Assembly (NCBI GenBank): GCA_001179505.1
Contig: CDMY01000367.1
Span: 35,107-99,106, forward strand
DNA from: Vitrella brassicaformis CCMP3155
Lineage: Eukaryota > Protista > Chromerida
Reading direction: 5' to 3'
DNA: 64,000 nucleotides
The notes below the pieces were generated by a model. It saw nothing but the letters and a program-made list of their open reading frames with translations, had not been told where the DNA came from and made no database searches. The position numbers were made by a program, and so were the translations under genes. The number at the start of each line of letters is the position of its first letter. Position 1 is the first letter of the stretch. Positions 60,417 through 64,000 of this stretch are shown in pieces.

Positions 60417-63223
60417 ATGCCTGCGAAGTCCTCCGCTGTCCATCAGTATGCCGCCATCCGCCGCGCCGCCGCATTTCACCATTCCCTCGTGGCGGATTTG
60501 GCGTGGCTCATCCACATGCTGCTGCACCCGCTGCAGCTGCTCACTGCGGTGCTCTCGGCGATCGGCACGCTGCTGTGCGCCTTGAAGCCGAAATGGCAGC
60601 CGCGAGGCTATCGCGCCGTGCGGTGGGAGGTGCCGTGCGATGTGGACGAGACGGAGATCGGCCGATACACGTACAAGGCAGACCGGCTGCCGAAAGACGG
60701 CATCGACTATATCATCATCGGATCAGGTGCGAAAGGCAGGGAGGGGAGAGAGGCGTCTAACGAAATGTGCGGGTGTGCGGCTGGTTTGATGCAGGTGTGA
60801 GCGGTCTGTGGCTGGGTGCGTGTCTGAGCAAATGTGGCTACAAGGTGGTGGTCCTCGAGCAGCACTATATAGCCGGGGGCTGCTGTCAAGCGTACACAGA
60901 CAAAGGTAAGGTAGACACATGAATGAGGCCTTGGTCGTGTGCCCACCTTGGACGCCTTGTCACTCGTCAGGTGCCACCTTCTCGCCCGGCATCCACTACA
61001 TCGGCGAGCGGATTGTCGCCGATGACGACACCTGGCTGACCGCCAAAGACACCTGGCTGACCGCCAAAATGATTGCCATTGCCGGCGACCCCGAGTACCC
61101 CATCTCGTGGCACAAGATGGGCTACGAGAACGAAGACACGCATGAGAGAGACGGCACCGGCAAGGGCGCATACGATATCATCAAGATTGCTGACCAACCG
61201 CTGGTCAGGTGAGAGAGAGGGCGGGAGGGGACCGGAGAGAGGCCAATGAGATGAACACACACAGAGAGGCTCATTGCTGCCGTCTGTGTATGTGGGCGGT
61301 AGGTTGCGTGCTGGCACTGATGAGTACGAGAAGGAGTTGTGTCGCCATCTCCCTGGCAAGGAGCAGGCCGTGGCGGAGTGGATCAAGACGGTTAAGGAGG
61401 CTGCGGCAGAGACAATGGTGTTCTTAGTCTCCCGCGCATGGACACCAACGGTGCAGCGGATCTGGCGCGCTCTGCTGGGCCGCAACGGCTTTAAGTGGGC
61501 TGGCAAGACAACACACGAGGTACCCACGCAGAACATGCGCATTCTCACGTTCGTCGATGCACGCCCGCATCGTGTGTCTTATGTGAAGGTCATCGCCAGT
61601 CTTGGTTTCTCTGCGCGCGAAGAGCAGATCCTCTGCTGCCAACACGGCACCACGGGCGAGGCGCCTCGCGACTTGAGCTTCCTCCTCCACGCGGCGGTCG
61701 TACACCATTACCTGCAAGGAGGCTACTTCCCTGTCGGTGGCCCGATGTCGATCGTCAAGACACTCTCGTCGACCATCCACAAGGCAGGCGGTCGGGTGTT
61801 CGTGAGGGCGCATGTCGAGAGGATCCCCGTGGAGAACGGTGAGCTGAGCAGGGATGAGATGAGATGCGTGCCACGAGGCAGCCGTGCTGAGGAATTGGTG
61901 GTGCCGTGTGTGTAGGCGAGGCTGTTGGTGTTGTTCTCGCCAACGGTGACACAATCAAGAGCCGCATGGGCGTGATATCCGCTGCAGGGCTGTCAGCGAC
62001 ACTGGTGATGCTGCCATGCGCCACATACACGGCATCCCTGCTCATGATTTCCTTTTTCGCTTGCTTCGCAGCATCACCTGCTGTCGCCTGCTGACGTGGA
62101 GCGCTATATGGCGGCTGAGATGAAGTTCCTCCGCCAGGTCGGCGAGGGGGTGTCGTGTGTGTGTGGGTCTGTCGGCGTCAATGGCACCGCGGAGGAGCTC
62201 AACCTGCCCTCCAGCAACTTGGTCTGGTTCCCTGAGGAGGCCACTGAGGTCAGCTAGGCGCAGAAGACGCTAACGTGTTCTGATGTGTGCCGTGTCTGTT
62301 AATATCAATCAGGGTCATGACATGGACGAGATCATCATGAAGTACCGCAACAAGCTGCTAGACTTCTCAGTCGAAGACGGCTTTTGCTTCATTTGTGCGC
62401 GCGATGCACCTAATCCCATGTGCTTCAATTGACGCAAATGGCCTCTCTCTTGTTTTGTGCAGCCTTCCTTTCTGCGCGTGACCCTGCCTACACGCATCTG
62501 CACCCCGGCACCACTTCCTGCTTCATCATGGCGGAGGCAGCACCAGAGGCGTACGAACAGCTCAATGAAAGTGGGTGCCCAGAGGCATACGGGCAGGGAT
62601 TGCGATCTGATTGGCCGTCTCTGCATCCTGTGTGTGCTTTGACAGCGCTGGGAGGCGCTCACACGGAGAGGCGCACCAAGGCCTACAAGGATACCAAGAA
62701 GCAGCTGCAGACCAAACTCAAAAACTTGCTGCTCAAACACTTCCCGCAGCTGGAAGGTCGGCCATAAATATACCTGAGGGTCCCTGCAGGTGTCTAAGAA
62801 GCGCCTGTGTATCTTGTGTGCTTGCAGGTCGAATCACAAGTTTCGACGTCTCCACTCCATTGTCGATGCACCACTACCTCAAGAGATTCGCAAGCTACGG
62901 CCTCCGCCAGACTCCCGAGCGCTTCACCCACACCCTGCCTCGCGTCGGCACGGCCATCCGCAAATTCTTCCTGACAGGCGAAGACCTGATATCGGGCGGA
63001 TTCATAGGTGAGCAGACCACCCATAAATGCAGCCGGCATGACCAATGGGCGTGTGTGCGTTTCAGCCGCTGTGTCGTCTGCGATGGTGACGGCGACTCAC
63101 GTGCTGGGCTACACGCCGCTGGACATTGTGACCGGCCATCATCTGCTGAATGACCTTCCCAATGTGCCCCAGCCACCCACACTCGAACAGCTGACTCAGG
63201 CAGCCAAGACAGAGGCGATGTGA
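60417..63223 (+). CDS. FAD-dependent oxidoreductase, all-trans-retinol 13,14-reductase (RETSAT)/phytoene desaturase-like, multi-exon
   Basis: DYIIIGSG/VSGL dinucleotide fold, VLEQHYIAGGCC, FSPGIHYIG, GGYFPVGGPMSI, GGRVFVRAHVERI, VISAAG, STPLS, FFLTGED; hydrophobic N-terminal segment. Confidence 0.9.
61027..61068 (+). repeat. Perfect in-frame 21-bp tandem duplication
   Basis: GACACCTGGCTGACCGCCAAA x2 encodes DTWLTAK-DTWLTAK. Confidence 0.95.
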
Positions 63224-64000
63224 ACTATGAGGAAAAGATAAGTGGCCCGTCTTTTTTGTCCAGCTGTCGTGTATCTCTTTTTGAGCTGACCTCTCGACAT
63301 GTGTGATGGTCAGCTGTCGTCGTTCCTGTGCTGTGTTTGATGTCGTTTGTGTCAGTCAGTTTTATGACGGTAGCTGCCCGCCTGCCTGCCTGCCTGCCGT
63401 GAGGATAGTCCTCACCTGAGGTCTTTTTCGACCGGCATTTCTCTGGCTGTGTGTGTTTATCCAGCAGTCTAGGTACTGGGGTGCGAAGATTTTTGGCTCC
63501 GCTGCATCCAACGGGATGGGACGGGAGTGTAATATAGTCAGCTCTTGCTACAGGGTGGCATGAAATGACACACGGACAGTTAACACACAGGAAGAAACAT
63601 GACAATGAAGAGCATTTCGCCTCGTAGCTGATGATATACCGCTGCGCTGATGAAGGGAGGGAGATGTCAGCATCTCTCCCGTGTTCCAGAATTGAGCAGC
63701 ATAGGGTAGCCGTTGACATGAAACTGACGTGCTAAGGTCACCGGCCTTATTGTGCCAAGTGAGTAAGGGAAGGACAAAACAGGAAGAAGATCAGAGAGAA
63801 TGGTGATGAAATTGAATGAACTGGTATTGGACTGTTGAACCGTTCATTCAATGTTGCTTGGTAAAGCTTTTTCATGCTCCAGTGTGGCCACTCAGGCCCT
63901 CTGGAGGTTGGCATGGTGTCCGTCGGTCAAAGTTACATCACTCACCCATTCTACTACTAGACACCGCTCCATCGGCACAACCACAAGCCGACCCGGGAGC

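Noticed and set aside
63225-63719. 164-aa minus-strand ORF after the RETSAT-like gene
   Set aside because: No motif and includes microsatellite-derived sequence; likely non-coding.
1-64000. CRISPR array, rRNA, tRNA
   Set aside because: The repeats are simple microsatellites with no repeat-spacer periodicity; no rRNA or tRNA was recognised by eye (tRNAscan not run).

Overview
Intron-rich, GC-rich eukaryotic genomic DNA with microsatellite-laden introns and two 300-N gaps. ApiAP2-type domains, a bipartite plastid-targeting leader and the intron style point to a chromerid alveolate, most likely Vitrella brassicaformis (inference). I reconstruct 18 protein-coding genes by reading GT-AG spliced exons: an ISP-like PH-fold protein, a CobW/COG0523 GTPase, MON1, PDCD2-like, an S10 carboxypeptidase, a GT32 glycosyltransferase, an M16 insulinase, two copies of an unknown gene, a very large multi-AP2 + PHD + SAM-like gene, Nup62, a small unknown gene, a SMYD-type SET protein, an intronless DUF5675-like gene, two F-box/LRR-like paralogs, a plastid-targeted CS-domain protein and a RETSAT-like FAD oxidoreductase. 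Highlights: (1) an intronless DUF5675-like (bacterial/phage L,D-transpeptidase-like) gene with an intact His/Cys motif, a candidate horizontal transfer; (2) a 7-AP2 + PHD + 2 SAM-like gene built from internal duplications, with apparent frame breaks and flanked by a duplicated gene; (3) strictly alternating gene orientation forming nine head-to-head pairs, with AGATCT recurring in the short shared intergenic regions. Exon boundaries were read by eye and no database searches were run. No rRNA, tRNA, CRISPR array or transposase was recognised.
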